Below, piece by piece: positions 28,301 to 35,877 of a DNA stretch of 64,000 bases. Below the pieces are notes generated by a model. The model searched no databases. It had not been told where the DNA came from and was given only the letters and a program-made list of their open reading frames with translations. The stretch lies in the NCBI GenBank assembly GCA_038046245.1, contig JBBSWO010000003.1, positions 13,879-77,878 on the forward strand, written 5' to 3'. This DNA comes from Nanobdellota archaeon. Lineage in GTDB: Archaea > Nanobdellota > Nanobdellia > Pacearchaeales > GW2011-AR1. The position numbers and the translations under genes are program-made. The number at the start of each line of letters is the position of its first letter. Position 1 is the stretch's first letter.

Positions 28301-28882
28301 AAGTCCAGTTAAAACTCCCCACTCAGGTCTGCATGAACTTGGTTCAACTCCAATTTTTCTTAATTCAGCATCGGGAATATTGGAAAGAATTTCTCTTATT
28401 TCTGTTGGGAACATTCTTGATTTTCCTTTGTAAAAAGTTGTTGGTTTTTCAAGTTTAACTTTTTCATTAGGCGTTTGACAATGGGGGCACTTCTTGACGT
28501 CTTTTGCTTTTTTTACTCTTTGGCTTGGAGGATATTTTGTAAGGTCCTTGTCTTCAAGCATTAATTTTCCACAAGATTTGCAGAAACATCTTAATCCCAT
28601 TTCTATCAAAGGAACATAATTAAGGTGGATGACCGATCTTGCAAGGTCAATACTTCCAGGATGTCCTAAACATTCTTTTATTCTCCCGCCACAAGTTCTA
28701 CACCTTACTCCAGGATCAATTGCCCCGAGTCTTAAATCCATCAAACCACCATCAACTGGATAGCCGTCAATGTCATAAAGTTCTGGTGTTACAATCTTTG
28801 CGGCAGACAATTTTTTAATCTGCTCCGGGTTGAATAAGTTAAATCTTATTTCTCCGATTTTTTTTCTTAATTGTGTTTTCAT
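25394..28882 (-). CDS. rpoA: DNA-directed RNA polymerase largest subunit, unsplit (A' and A'' parts in one ORF)
   Basis: N-terminal zinc motifs (CRTCGG, CKSCG, CPHC) and the catalytic [10 protein letters not shown]. The A''-type block [17 protein letters not shown] follows in the same frame with no stop. The A'/A'' junction equivalent is near nt 26440. Start [14 protein letters not shown] at 28882. Confidence 0.9.
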   Translation of the reverse strand: [1162 protein letters not shown]

Positions 28883-28883
28883 T

Positions 28884-29144
28884 TTATTTATTTCCGAAAT
28901 TATAATCCTGGACTGTTTGATCCATTGGATTAGGATAATTTGAATGTGGTGGAACATTTACTCCTTCTGTTGATGCTGGAAAGTCTACTCCAGATGTTCT
29001 TACAAAGTGTGAAGGTAGCTGAGATTCAAGAGAGTCTCGTCTTCCAATTAGTGCTCTTGCTGTGATTCGAGGTGAATCAAGATCGCCTTCTCCAAGAGGC
29101 TCAAATCCATTCATATAGTGTTCATTTAATCTGTCTATTGTCAT
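28884..29144 (-). CDS. uncharacterised 86-aa ORF between rpoB and rpoA
   Basis: It starts 5 nt after the rpoB stop and ends 1 nt before the rpoA ATG, filling the whole interval; no family recognised. Confidence 0.55.
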   Translation of the reverse strand: MTIDRLNEHYMNGFEPLGEGDLDSPRITARALIGRRDSLESQLPSHFVRTSGVDFPASTEGVNVPPHSNYPNPMDQTVQDYNFGNK

Positions 29145-29149
29145 TTTAT

Positions 29150-32100
29150 TTATTCATACTTATTCTTTAATCCAAATGTTGTGTGAATGTGCAGTCCTTG
29201 CAATTCTTCAACTAGCAATTTAAATGCATATGAAATTTCAACAAATTCTACTTTTTCGCTGCCGCATATGGGGCATGAAACTTTCTTTCTTATGTTGTCG
29301 TCAACCGCCGTAGCTCCGCATTTAACACATATCGGTAAAACAACTTTGTCAGAGCTATATCTTTCTTTTAACAATAAAGCTGCTCCATGTGCAACTAAAA
29401 CCTGTTGCTCCATTTCTCCAAGTCTCAATGCTCCGCCTCTTGCTCTTCCCTCTACCGGCTGTCTTGTAAGCAATGCGATCTTTCCAGAAGCTCTTCCGTG
29501 AAGCTTGTTTCCGACCATGTATTTTAATTTCAAGTAATAAAGATTTCCTACAAATATCTTAGATTCTATTTTTCTTCCAGTGACTCCATTGTACATTATT
29601 TCTTTTCCGTCATACCTGAATCCCAGCGCCTTAAGCTGCTCTTCAAGTTCTTTTTTGCTTTCACCAGCAAAGCAAGTTCCGTCGATAACTTTTCCCCTCA
29701 AACATCCAACTTTTCCAGCAAGCAATTCCAAAAGATAACCTACAGTCATTCTAGATGGAAGTCCGTGAGGGTTGAACATTACATCTGGTCTGACTCCTCT
29801 TGCTGTGAATGGAACATCTTCTTCTGGGACTATCAATCCAAGAACTCCTTTCTGTCCGTGTGAAGTTGCAAATTTGTCCCCAACCTCTGGAATCCTTTGG
29901 TCCCTTGTTTTTACCTGTGCGATTTTGTTTCCTTCATTATCTTCGGTAATAAAAACAGACTCGACAGTTCCGTGCTCTTCCTGCCTCATCGTTACGCTTG
30001 ATTCTTTCTTTGTTCTGACGGAAATCTCTCTGGCCTCAGACAAGAACTTTGGCGGAGAAACTTTTCCTATCAAAACATCCCCTTCAGAGACTTCAGCTTC
30101 AGGGTATGTTATTCCGTCATCGTCTAAAAGTCTGTAACTTGTTTCTGTTCTGTATCCTGAAGAATCTTTTTCTGGAATTCCAACTTCATCACTTAATCCT
30201 CCAGCGTAATGCATTTCAACAGCCGAATAGGGTCTGTAATAGAAGCTTCTTCCAACTCCTCTGTCAACACTTCCCTTGTTGAACACGAGTGCATCTTCCA
30301 TATTGTATCCTTCATGGGTCATTATTGCAACAACAAGATTTTGTCCTGCAGGATAAATATTCAAAGTGTCATAGACGAAACTTTTTACAATCGGCTTTTG
30401 GGGATATTGCAAAATACTTACATCAGTGTCGATCCTGCACAAATAATTTGCAGCGTAAATTCCCAAAGCCTGCTTTTGAGTTTTACTTCCTCTGTTCAAT
30501 CTCGAGCTCTGGTCGTGATTACCATAAGGAACAAGACTTGTAACAACCCCAAACAAATCTAAAGGATCAATTTCAAGATGAGTATGTTCTGAAGTTATTT
30601 CTTCTTCATAAAGTGCAACCAATGAGTTTTCCTCTTCTGAAGCGTCTAAATACTCAATGATCCCATTTTCAGTCAAATACTGCCAATTAATTTCATCTTG
30701 TTCTAATCTTACAATGTGTTCGTTTTTCAGTCTTGAAGAACCATTGTCGACAATTATTAAAGGTCTCAAAACTCTTCCTGCTTCAGTGGATATCAAAACA
30801 GTCTGGAATTTGTCATTATCTCTCACATTGAGCTGGATGGGAAGCTGATTGTTTCTTCTTTTTTCTCTTATCTTGGTTACAAAATCTTTTGGATTTTCAA
30901 TAGTACCAATGAACATTCCGTTTAAAAAAACATCAGTCTCTTTTCTATTATTATTTTCATCTTCTTCTGTTCTTAATCCGAAATTTTGGAGGTCTTTTGT
31001 GAATTTTTCTTCGTCAAGCTCGATTCTCGTCGATACTCTGCTCAATATTGCAAGATTTTTTCTCAAACCGATTTCTGTTCCTTCAGGAGTTTCTATTGGA
31101 CAGAATCTTCCATAATGGGTTGGATGCAAAGTTCTTGCCTTGAAATTTTCTTGATCACTTGAAAGCATACTCGAAACTCTCTGAAGCTGTGAGATTGTTG
31201 CAAGATAGTTTGTCTTATCCATGTTCTGGGTTATTCCAGACCTCTCTCCTGTCCAGCTTCCTGTCGCAATTGCAGATTCAACCCTGTGTGAAAATAATGT
31301 GGACTTGGCGATTATCTTTATAGAAAAGAATTTTTTTCTTTTTGAAGATTTTTGCAGGGAATACTGTATGTCCCTAATCAAAATTCCCAAATTTACTCTG
31401 AATAAAGTTGCCAAAAGGTCTCCAGAAAGCCTTACTCTCTTGTTTGCATAATGGTCTTTGTCTGTTCTTAATTCTGGATTTTCCTTGGAAAGCAAAAACT
31501 GCTTTATTAATTTACAAAGTGTGACTGCTTTTTTTATTCTGTCTTCCTTCTTTTGTCCGATGTGGGGAAATAAGTATGAATCAATCCTTTGTTTTACTCT
31601 GTCAAGAATTTCTTTTTTTGTCCCCTGCAGACTTGTTTTTTCGGCAATAAACATCATGGCATCTTCTTTTGTTGCGATGTTGACGAATTCATACAGGTTA
31701 ACAATAACACTATCTGTTTCTTTCTTTATGTATTTGGCTATGTCTGATTCTTTTGTCAACCCTAAGGCTTTAAGCAGAACGATTGCAGGAATATTTTTGA
31801 ATTTGCCGAATGAGACTTCGAAAAGTCCTTTTTTGTCTTCAGTGATAGTTGTGGGGATTCTGTAAGTTCCCTTTAATGAGAAAAGCTTCAAAACTAAATT
31901 TCCTCTTGAGTCTGTTTCAACAAAAGGTTGGTTCTCGGCAAGGTCTTCAGCCATGACCATCACTCTTTCATTTCCTTTTATCAAGAAATATCCGCCCGGG
32001 TCTAAAGGGTCGACATAATTTGAAATCATGTCCTCTTTTCCCATACCCCATGTGTTGCATATCTTACTTCTTACCATGACTGGAATCTTTCCTATTTCAA

Positions 32101-32485
32101 CTTCCTCAGAATCGACTTGTCCGTCTTTCTTTACAGTCATTTCTAAATGAATGGGGGCAGCGTATGTAAGATTTCTGATTCTTGCATCAGACGGCATTAT
32201 CATTGAAGAGCTTCCGTCAGCTTCGGTTATAATGGGCCTGCCGATTTTTATTTTTCCAAGAGTTATTTCAAAATCATTGTTTTCTATTGTTGAAGCAATT
32301 TCGTCAACAATCTCCTGCATTCTTTTTTCTATAAAATTATTGAAAGAAATTACATTTGACTCTACGAGTGAGTGCTTTTCAAGATATTTTTTTACAATTA
32401 AATGTTGTGTATCTTTAGGCATTTTGTTTTCCTTTATTCTTATCAAAATGACTTTTGCGGAATCTTTTGATTCCAGCTTAGGCAT
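29150..32485 (-). CDS. rpoB: DNA-directed RNA polymerase subunit B (unsplit)
   Basis: GDKFATSHGQKGV, the hybrid-binding blocks, and a C-terminal zinc ribbon CVKCG...CPICG. An alternative start at 32422 (MPKDTQHL) is possible. Confidence 0.95.
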   Translation of the reverse strand: MPKLESKDSAKVILIRIKENKMPKDTQHLIVKKYLEKHSLVESNVISFNNFIEKRMQEIVDEIASTIENNDFEITLGKIKIGRPIITEADGSSSMIMPSDARIRNLTYAAPIHLEMTVKKDGQVDSEEVEIGKIPVMVRSKICNTWGMGKEDMISNYVDPLDPGGYFLIKGNERVMVMAEDLAENQPFVETDSRGNLVLKLFSLKGTYRIPTTITEDKKGLFEVSFGKFKNIPAIVLLKALGLTKESDIAKYIKKETDSVIVNLYEFVNIATKEDAMMFIAEKTSLQGTKKEILDRVKQRIDSYLFPHIGQKKEDRIKKAVTLCKLIKQFLLSKENPELRTDKDHYANKRVRLSGDLLATLFRVNLGILIRDIQYSLQKSSKRKKFFSIKIIAKSTLFSHRVESAIATGSWTGERSGITQNMDKTNYLATISQLQRVSSMLSSDQENFKARTLHPTHYGRFCPIETPEGTEIGLRKNLAILSRVSTRIELDEEKFTKDLQNFGLRTEEDENNNRKETDVFLNGMFIGTIENPKDFVTKIREKRRNNQLPIQLNVRDNDKFQTVLISTEAGRVLRPLIIVDNGSSRLKNEHIVRLEQDEINWQYLTENGIIEYLDASEEENSLVALYEEEITSEHTHLEIDPLDLFGVVTSLVPYGNHDQSSRLNRGSKTQKQALGIYAANYLCRIDTDVSILQYPQKPIVKSFVYDTLNIYPAGQNLVVAIMTHEGYNMEDALVFNKGSVDRGVGRSFYYRPYSAVEMHYAGGLSDEVGIPEKDSSGYRTETSYRLLDDDGITYPEAEVSEGDVLIGKVSPPKFLSEAREISVRTKKESSVTMRQEEHGTVESVFITEDNEGNKIAQVKTRDQRIPEVGDKFATSHGQKGVLGLIVPEEDVPFTARGVRPDVMFNPHGLPSRMTVGYLLELLAGKVGCLRGKVIDGTCFAGESKKELEEQLKALGFRYDGKEIMYNGVTGRKIESKIFVGNLYYLKLKYMVGNKLHGRASGKIALLTRQPVEGRARGGALRLGEMEQQVLVAHGAALLLKERYSSDKVVLPICVKCGATAVDDNIRKKVSCPICGSEKVEFVEISYAFKLLVEELQGLHIHTTFGLKNKYE

Positions 32486-32531
32486 TTTTTCTCTGTTTTA
32501 CTAAATAAATTTGATATTTATTTAACTCAAA

Positions 32532-32741
32532 CTAAACAACAACTCTGTAATATGACACAGTTTTGTCTTCGAATTTTCTTTCAATCTCTATTACGTCTCC
32601 GATTTGGCAGCCTTCTGGCAAACTTGGATCAGTTAAAAGTATTTTTGGGAGTTGTGCTTTAGAAACATTCAATTTTATAGTAATCTCTGAGACTTCTTTT
32701 TCAGATAATTTCACGTGTTTTGGTTGTAGAATATGTGACAT
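32532..32741 (-). CDS. rpoH: DNA-directed RNA polymerase subunit H (Rpb5-like)
   Basis: HILQPKHVKLSEKE...LPKILLTDP...GDVIEIER...YYRVV matches the RpoH/Rpb5 C-terminal domain pattern. It lies directly upstream of rpoB. Confidence 0.85.
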   Translation of the reverse strand: MSHILQPKHVKLSEKEVSEITIKLNVSKAQLPKILLTDPSLPEGCQIGDVIEIERKFEDKTVSYYRVVV

Positions 32742-32850
32742 ATTAGCAGTAAGTGGAAAATTTTAGCGAATCATCTTTGGGTTTAATTAGCAACTCTAGG
32801 ATAATAAAAGATAACAAAAAATGGTTTTTAAAGGTTTCTGTTTTTCGCTT

Positions 32851-33408
32851 TCAAACTTCTTTATACCTAAAACAAGAGGTCACATGGTCGTTTACCATTC
32901 CTGCCGCTTGCATGAATGCGTAGCAAATAGTGCTTCCAACAAACTTAAATCCTCTTTTCTTTAAATCTTCGCTCATTTTGTCAGATTCTTTTGAGGTTGC
33001 TGGGAGTTCCCTAGTTGTTTTGAAATTATGTCTTATTGTTTTGTGGCCTGTAAACTGCCATATATATCTAGCAAAACTGCCAAATTCTTTCCTAACTTCA
33101 AGAAATTTTTGTGCATTTGTTATTGTTGCTGTGATTTTTTGTCTGTTTCTTATGATATTAGCGTCACTTAGAAGCCTGTTCGTATCCTTTTCACCATATC
33201 TTGCAATTTTTACTGGGTTAAAATTATCAAACGCATTCTCAAAACCCTTTCTTTTTTTAAGAACGATTTCCCAGCTTAACCCTGCCTGAAATGCATCAAG
33301 AACCAAGAACTCAAATAGCTTTCTATCATCATGAAGCGGAACTCCCCACTCTTTGTCATGATAGTCAATCATCAATTCATTCTGGCCGGGCCATTCGCAT
33401 CTTTTCAT
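32851..33408 (-). CDS. tag: DNA-3-methyladenine glycosylase I
   Basis: DYHDKEWGVPLHDDRKLFEFLVLDAFQAGLSWEIVLKKR is the characteristic Tag N-terminal block; 185 aa. Confidence 0.85.
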   Translation of the reverse strand: MKRCEWPGQNELMIDYHDKEWGVPLHDDRKLFEFLVLDAFQAGLSWEIVLKKRKGFENAFDNFNPVKIARYGEKDTNRLLSDANIIRNRQKITATITNAQKFLEVRKEFGSFARYIWQFTGHKTIRHNFKTTRELPATSKESDKMSEDLKKRGFKFVGSTICYAFMQAAGMVNDHVTSCFRYKEV

Positions 33409-33453
33409 CTACTCTAAAATCGGAAGAAGTTTAAAAGGTTAGTTATTTTTTGT

Positions 33454-33762
33454 TTAGTGTCTTTGGAACTTCTTTTCCAAACCAAGTCTTTCTGCCGCAA
33501 GTTCAATGCGCACATTAAAACTAACTTCCTTAAGACTTAATCCCTTTGGGCTCTTTGGTAGTGTTGCATATTTATAATCAACATGCATTCTGTAATGCTC
33601 TAACCCAATTTCAGTTTTTCTGCTTATTTCATCTAAAAGTTCTTTGATAGAATAACTCTTACTTCCGCAAAACACGGTTTTTTCATCCTGGTTCTTAATC
33701 TGTAACAATTCACTTCTTAAGTTAGCTAAGATTACGGGATCATATTCAACATTATCTGCCAT
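33454..33762 (-). CDS. hypothetical protein (102 aa)
   Basis: ATG ORF without a competing frame; no family recognised. Confidence 0.4.
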   Translation of the reverse strand: MADNVEYDPVILANLRSELLQIKNQDEKTVFCGSKSYSIKELLDEISRKTEIGLEHYRMHVDYKYATLPKSPKGLSLKEVSFNVRIELAAERLGLEKKFQRH

Positions 33763-33824
33763 AATAAAACAAGGAAGTTTTCTGTTTTTAAGTTTTATTG
33801 CACTGAAGAATTAACAAAAAAACG

Positions 33825-33898
33825 TGGCCCCGATGGGATTTGAACCCACGACACCTGGATTAAAAGTCCAGTGCTCTACCAGGCTGAGCTACGGAGCC
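33825..33898 (-). tRNA. tRNA-Lys (anticodon UUU)
   Basis: The reverse complement is GGCTCCG...CGGGGCC+A. Anticodon stem CTGGA/TCCAG with loop CTTTTAA. T-arm GGTTCAAATCC. Confidence 0.9.
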
Positions 33899-33948
33899 AT
33901 ACAACTTGTAGATCAGATGGTTTTACGGAAAATTTTTGTTTTCCAGTT

Positions 33949-33972
33949 TACCAGGCTGAGCTACGGAGCCAT
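33949..33972 (-). repeat. exact 24-bp duplicate of the tRNA-Lys 5' end (acceptor + D-arm plus 2 upstream nt)
   Basis: taccaggctgagctacggagccat occurs at 33877-33900 (inside or abutting the tRNA) and again at 33949-33972, 48 bp upstream in the tRNA orientation. Confidence 0.85.
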
Positions 33973-33995
33973 CTAAATTAAGGATTAAAAATAGT

Positions 33996-34895
33996 TTATA
34001 AAATCTGTGGTTTAAAGTATTTTCTTCTTCCTCTCCCATTTTTGATGTTCCAGTATTTCCTAAACTCACACAAAGAGCTTTCAATGTTAGTCAATGATAA
34101 AAAAGGATAGTGAGAAAATGCGTTTTTGTAGGCAATTTCCTTCCAAGTTAAAGGCTCTTTTACTTTATTGTTAATATTTTCAAGCATTTTATCCTGAATA
34201 TTATAAAGATAAATCAATTTTTCTTCTTGTTCTTTTTCACCTAACTTTTTGCTATAAATAATTTCAAGCCCCCATTTTGCTCCAGGTCCAATATAAAAAA
34301 TATCATTATCCGTCCATTTTTGTCTAAAAAAATCAAAATATGTTAAATCAGTGATTATTTCATTGGCGAGAAATGGACCAACTAAAGGAATTTTTTGTAA
34401 TACCTGCGAGGCCTCGCCAAGTGAGCCAGAATTATCCACCTCTTTAATCAATTCTTTAAAATCAATTTTTTCTAAATTTTGCAGTATCTCTATATGTTTT
34501 TTACTTCCTTTTTTTCCAGAAGATATTAAATATGCGTTATTGAAAATTTTCAGGCCATTTTCCTTATATTTACTAAATTTCATTTCTAGATATTTAGTAT
34601 CAATTTTATCTAACAAAGAAATCTCCAAATTTTCATATAAACCAAATTGATTAAAAAACCTGTAAAAAATAACATTAATAAGAATCTTTTCTCTGTTTTT
34701 TATATTCTTTAATTTATTAACAAGATAAAGTGTGCATTTGTCAAGTTCCCTATAAACATTTATTATTTTATACTTTAATAGAACTTCATCATTAGTCCAT
34801 GGAGGTTTTTCTTTTAAAACAAATCTTTTATACCAAATTAATTGTCTTTTATAGACAAATCTGAAAAATTCTTCCTCAATTTGATTTAAAGCCAT
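33996..34895 (-). CDS. all-helical protein resembling the 5-hmdU DNA kinase helical / aGPT-pyrophosphorylase domain family (tentative)
   Basis: The N-terminal pattern FFRFVYKRQLIWYKRF...KPPWTNDEVLLKYKIINVYRELDKCTLYL resembles, from memory, the conserved ..eRq.I...R...PWT.D.iL..y.FtNvYR..Dr.sqyL block of that family. No clear P-loop. Confidence 0.35.
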   Translation of the reverse strand: MALNQIEEEFFRFVYKRQLIWYKRFVLKEKPPWTNDEVLLKYKIINVYRELDKCTLYLVNKLKNIKNREKILINVIFYRFFNQFGLYENLEISLLDKIDTKYLEMKFSKYKENGLKIFNNAYLISSGKKGSKKHIEILQNLEKIDFKELIKEVDNSGSLGEASQVLQKIPLVGPFLANEIITDLTYFDFFRQKWTDNDIFYIGPGAKWGLEIIYSKKLGEKEQEEKLIYLYNIQDKMLENINNKVKEPLTWKEIAYKNAFSHYPFLSLTNIESSLCEFRKYWNIKNGRGRRKYFKPQIL

Positions 34896-34928
34896 TAGTT
34901 GTAAAGAAACCGAGATATTAATTTCTTT

Positions 34929-35267
34929 CTAAGCAAACTTCTTCAGTTCTTCTTCAAAATCCTCTTCTGACCTAGAACCTATAAACTGCTTGGATATTTT
35001 TCCGTCTTTGAACAAAACAAAATTAGGTATGGACCTGACTCCAAATTTTTGTGCGAGTATTTGATTGTCTTCAATGTTGACTTTGCCGAATTTTATTTTT
35101 CCTTTGAATTTGCCATTAAGTTCCTCGATGACAGGAGCCATCATAACACACGGCATGCACCAATCTGCAAAAAAATCAACGAGTACTGTCCCACTTTTTA
35201 TGAAGCTTTCAAATTCTCCGTTAGTTAACTCAGGAACTTCATGATTTTTTGTCATTTTAATCTCCAT
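34929..35267 (-). CDS. trxA: thioredoxin
   Basis: Active site WCMPC in the context VDFFADWCMPCVMMAP, then IPNFVLFKDG; 112 aa. Confidence 0.8.
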   Translation of the reverse strand: MEIKMTKNHEVPELTNGEFESFIKSGTVLVDFFADWCMPCVMMAPVIEELNGKFKGKIKFGKVNIEDNQILAQKFGVRSIPNFVLFKDGKISKQFIGSRSEEDFEEELKKFA

Positions 35268-35346
35268 GTATATGTTTTAAGAAAGATCAGGATTTATAAA
35301 AGTTTTGAAAAGCTTGAGGTTTATCCAAATGCTTCCATCAAAGGTT

Positions 35347-35877
35347 CTACGGCTGTTTTTGCCCAAAGCTCAAATTAATATTTTTCCGGTCAAATTTTAA
35401 TGTTTCATATTTGACTTCAGCCGAATCAAACATTCTTTTTGCGGCAATGACATTATCGGCATTTGCATATTTATCTTCCAAATAAACAATCTTTTTTATT
35501 CCGACCTGGATTATCGCCTTTGCACATTCATTACATGGGAAAAGTGCCACGTAAAGTGTTGATCCATTAAGATTTCTTCCCATGCTGTTAAGAATCGCGT
35601 TTATTTCCGCATGGCACACATAAGCATATTTTGTTTCTAAATAATCTCCCTCTCTACTCCAGGGAAAATTTTCATCAGAACATCCTCTTGGAAAGCCATT
35701 ATACCCAATACCAACAATCTTTTTGTCAGAATCAACAACACAGGCTCCAACTTGCGTGTTCGGATCTTTACTTCTTTGAGCAGACAAAAGCGAAATTCCC
35801 ATAAAATATTCGTCCCATGAAAGATAATCTTCCCTTTTTTTTATTTTCATTTCATCCAGTGCATCCAGCACATCCAT
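35347..35877 (-). CDS. dCMP deaminase (cytidine/deoxycytidylate deaminase family)
   Basis: Zinc-binding motifs CHAEINAI and PCNECAKAI. The WDEYFMGISLLSAQRS N-terminus is typical of dCMP deaminases. Confidence 0.85.
   Translation of the reverse strand: MDVLDALDEMKIKKREDYLSWDEYFMGISLLSAQRSKDPNTQVGACVVDSDKKIVGIGYNGFPRGCSDENFPWSREGDYLETKYAYVCHAEINAILNSMGRNLNGSTLYVALFPCNECAKAIIQVGIKKIVYLEDKYANADNVIAAKRMFDSAEVKYETLKFDRKNINLSFGQKQP

Noticed and set aside
28883-28957. N-terminal extension of rpoA (MFHHIQIILIQWIKQSRIIISEINK) from the ORF track
   Set aside because: The extension is hydrophobic and unconserved-looking, and it overlaps the 3' end of ORF86. The conserved RpoA N-terminus begins at the ATG at 28882.
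29187-32504. Numerous plus-strand ORFs (60-135 aa) inside rpoB. Similar antisense sets occur inside rpoA (25527-28433), fusA (20462-22056), dnaG (13987-15176), copA (49124-51362) and nrdJ (36483-38865)
   Set aside because: They lie antisense to long, motif-verified genes and have low-complexity Ser/Leu/Phe-rich translations typical of shadow ORFs in AT-rich DNA. None has an independent signal.
33949-33972. Split or permuted tRNA gene (as in Nanoarchaeum) explaining the extra tRNA-Lys 5' fragment
   Set aside because: An intact, foldable tRNA-Lys lies 48 bp away. The fragment ends in the D-loop rather than after position 37. No GC-rich complementary leader for trans-splicing is apparent.
35852-35877. 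The 26-nt overlap between the nrdJ 3' end and the dCMP deaminase 5' end as evidence of a frameshift or gene fusion
   Set aside because: Both proteins look complete: the nrdJ C-terminal CAGC tail and the deaminase N-terminal WDEYFMG block. A short overlap fits the compact, translationally coupled organisation seen elsewhere in the window.
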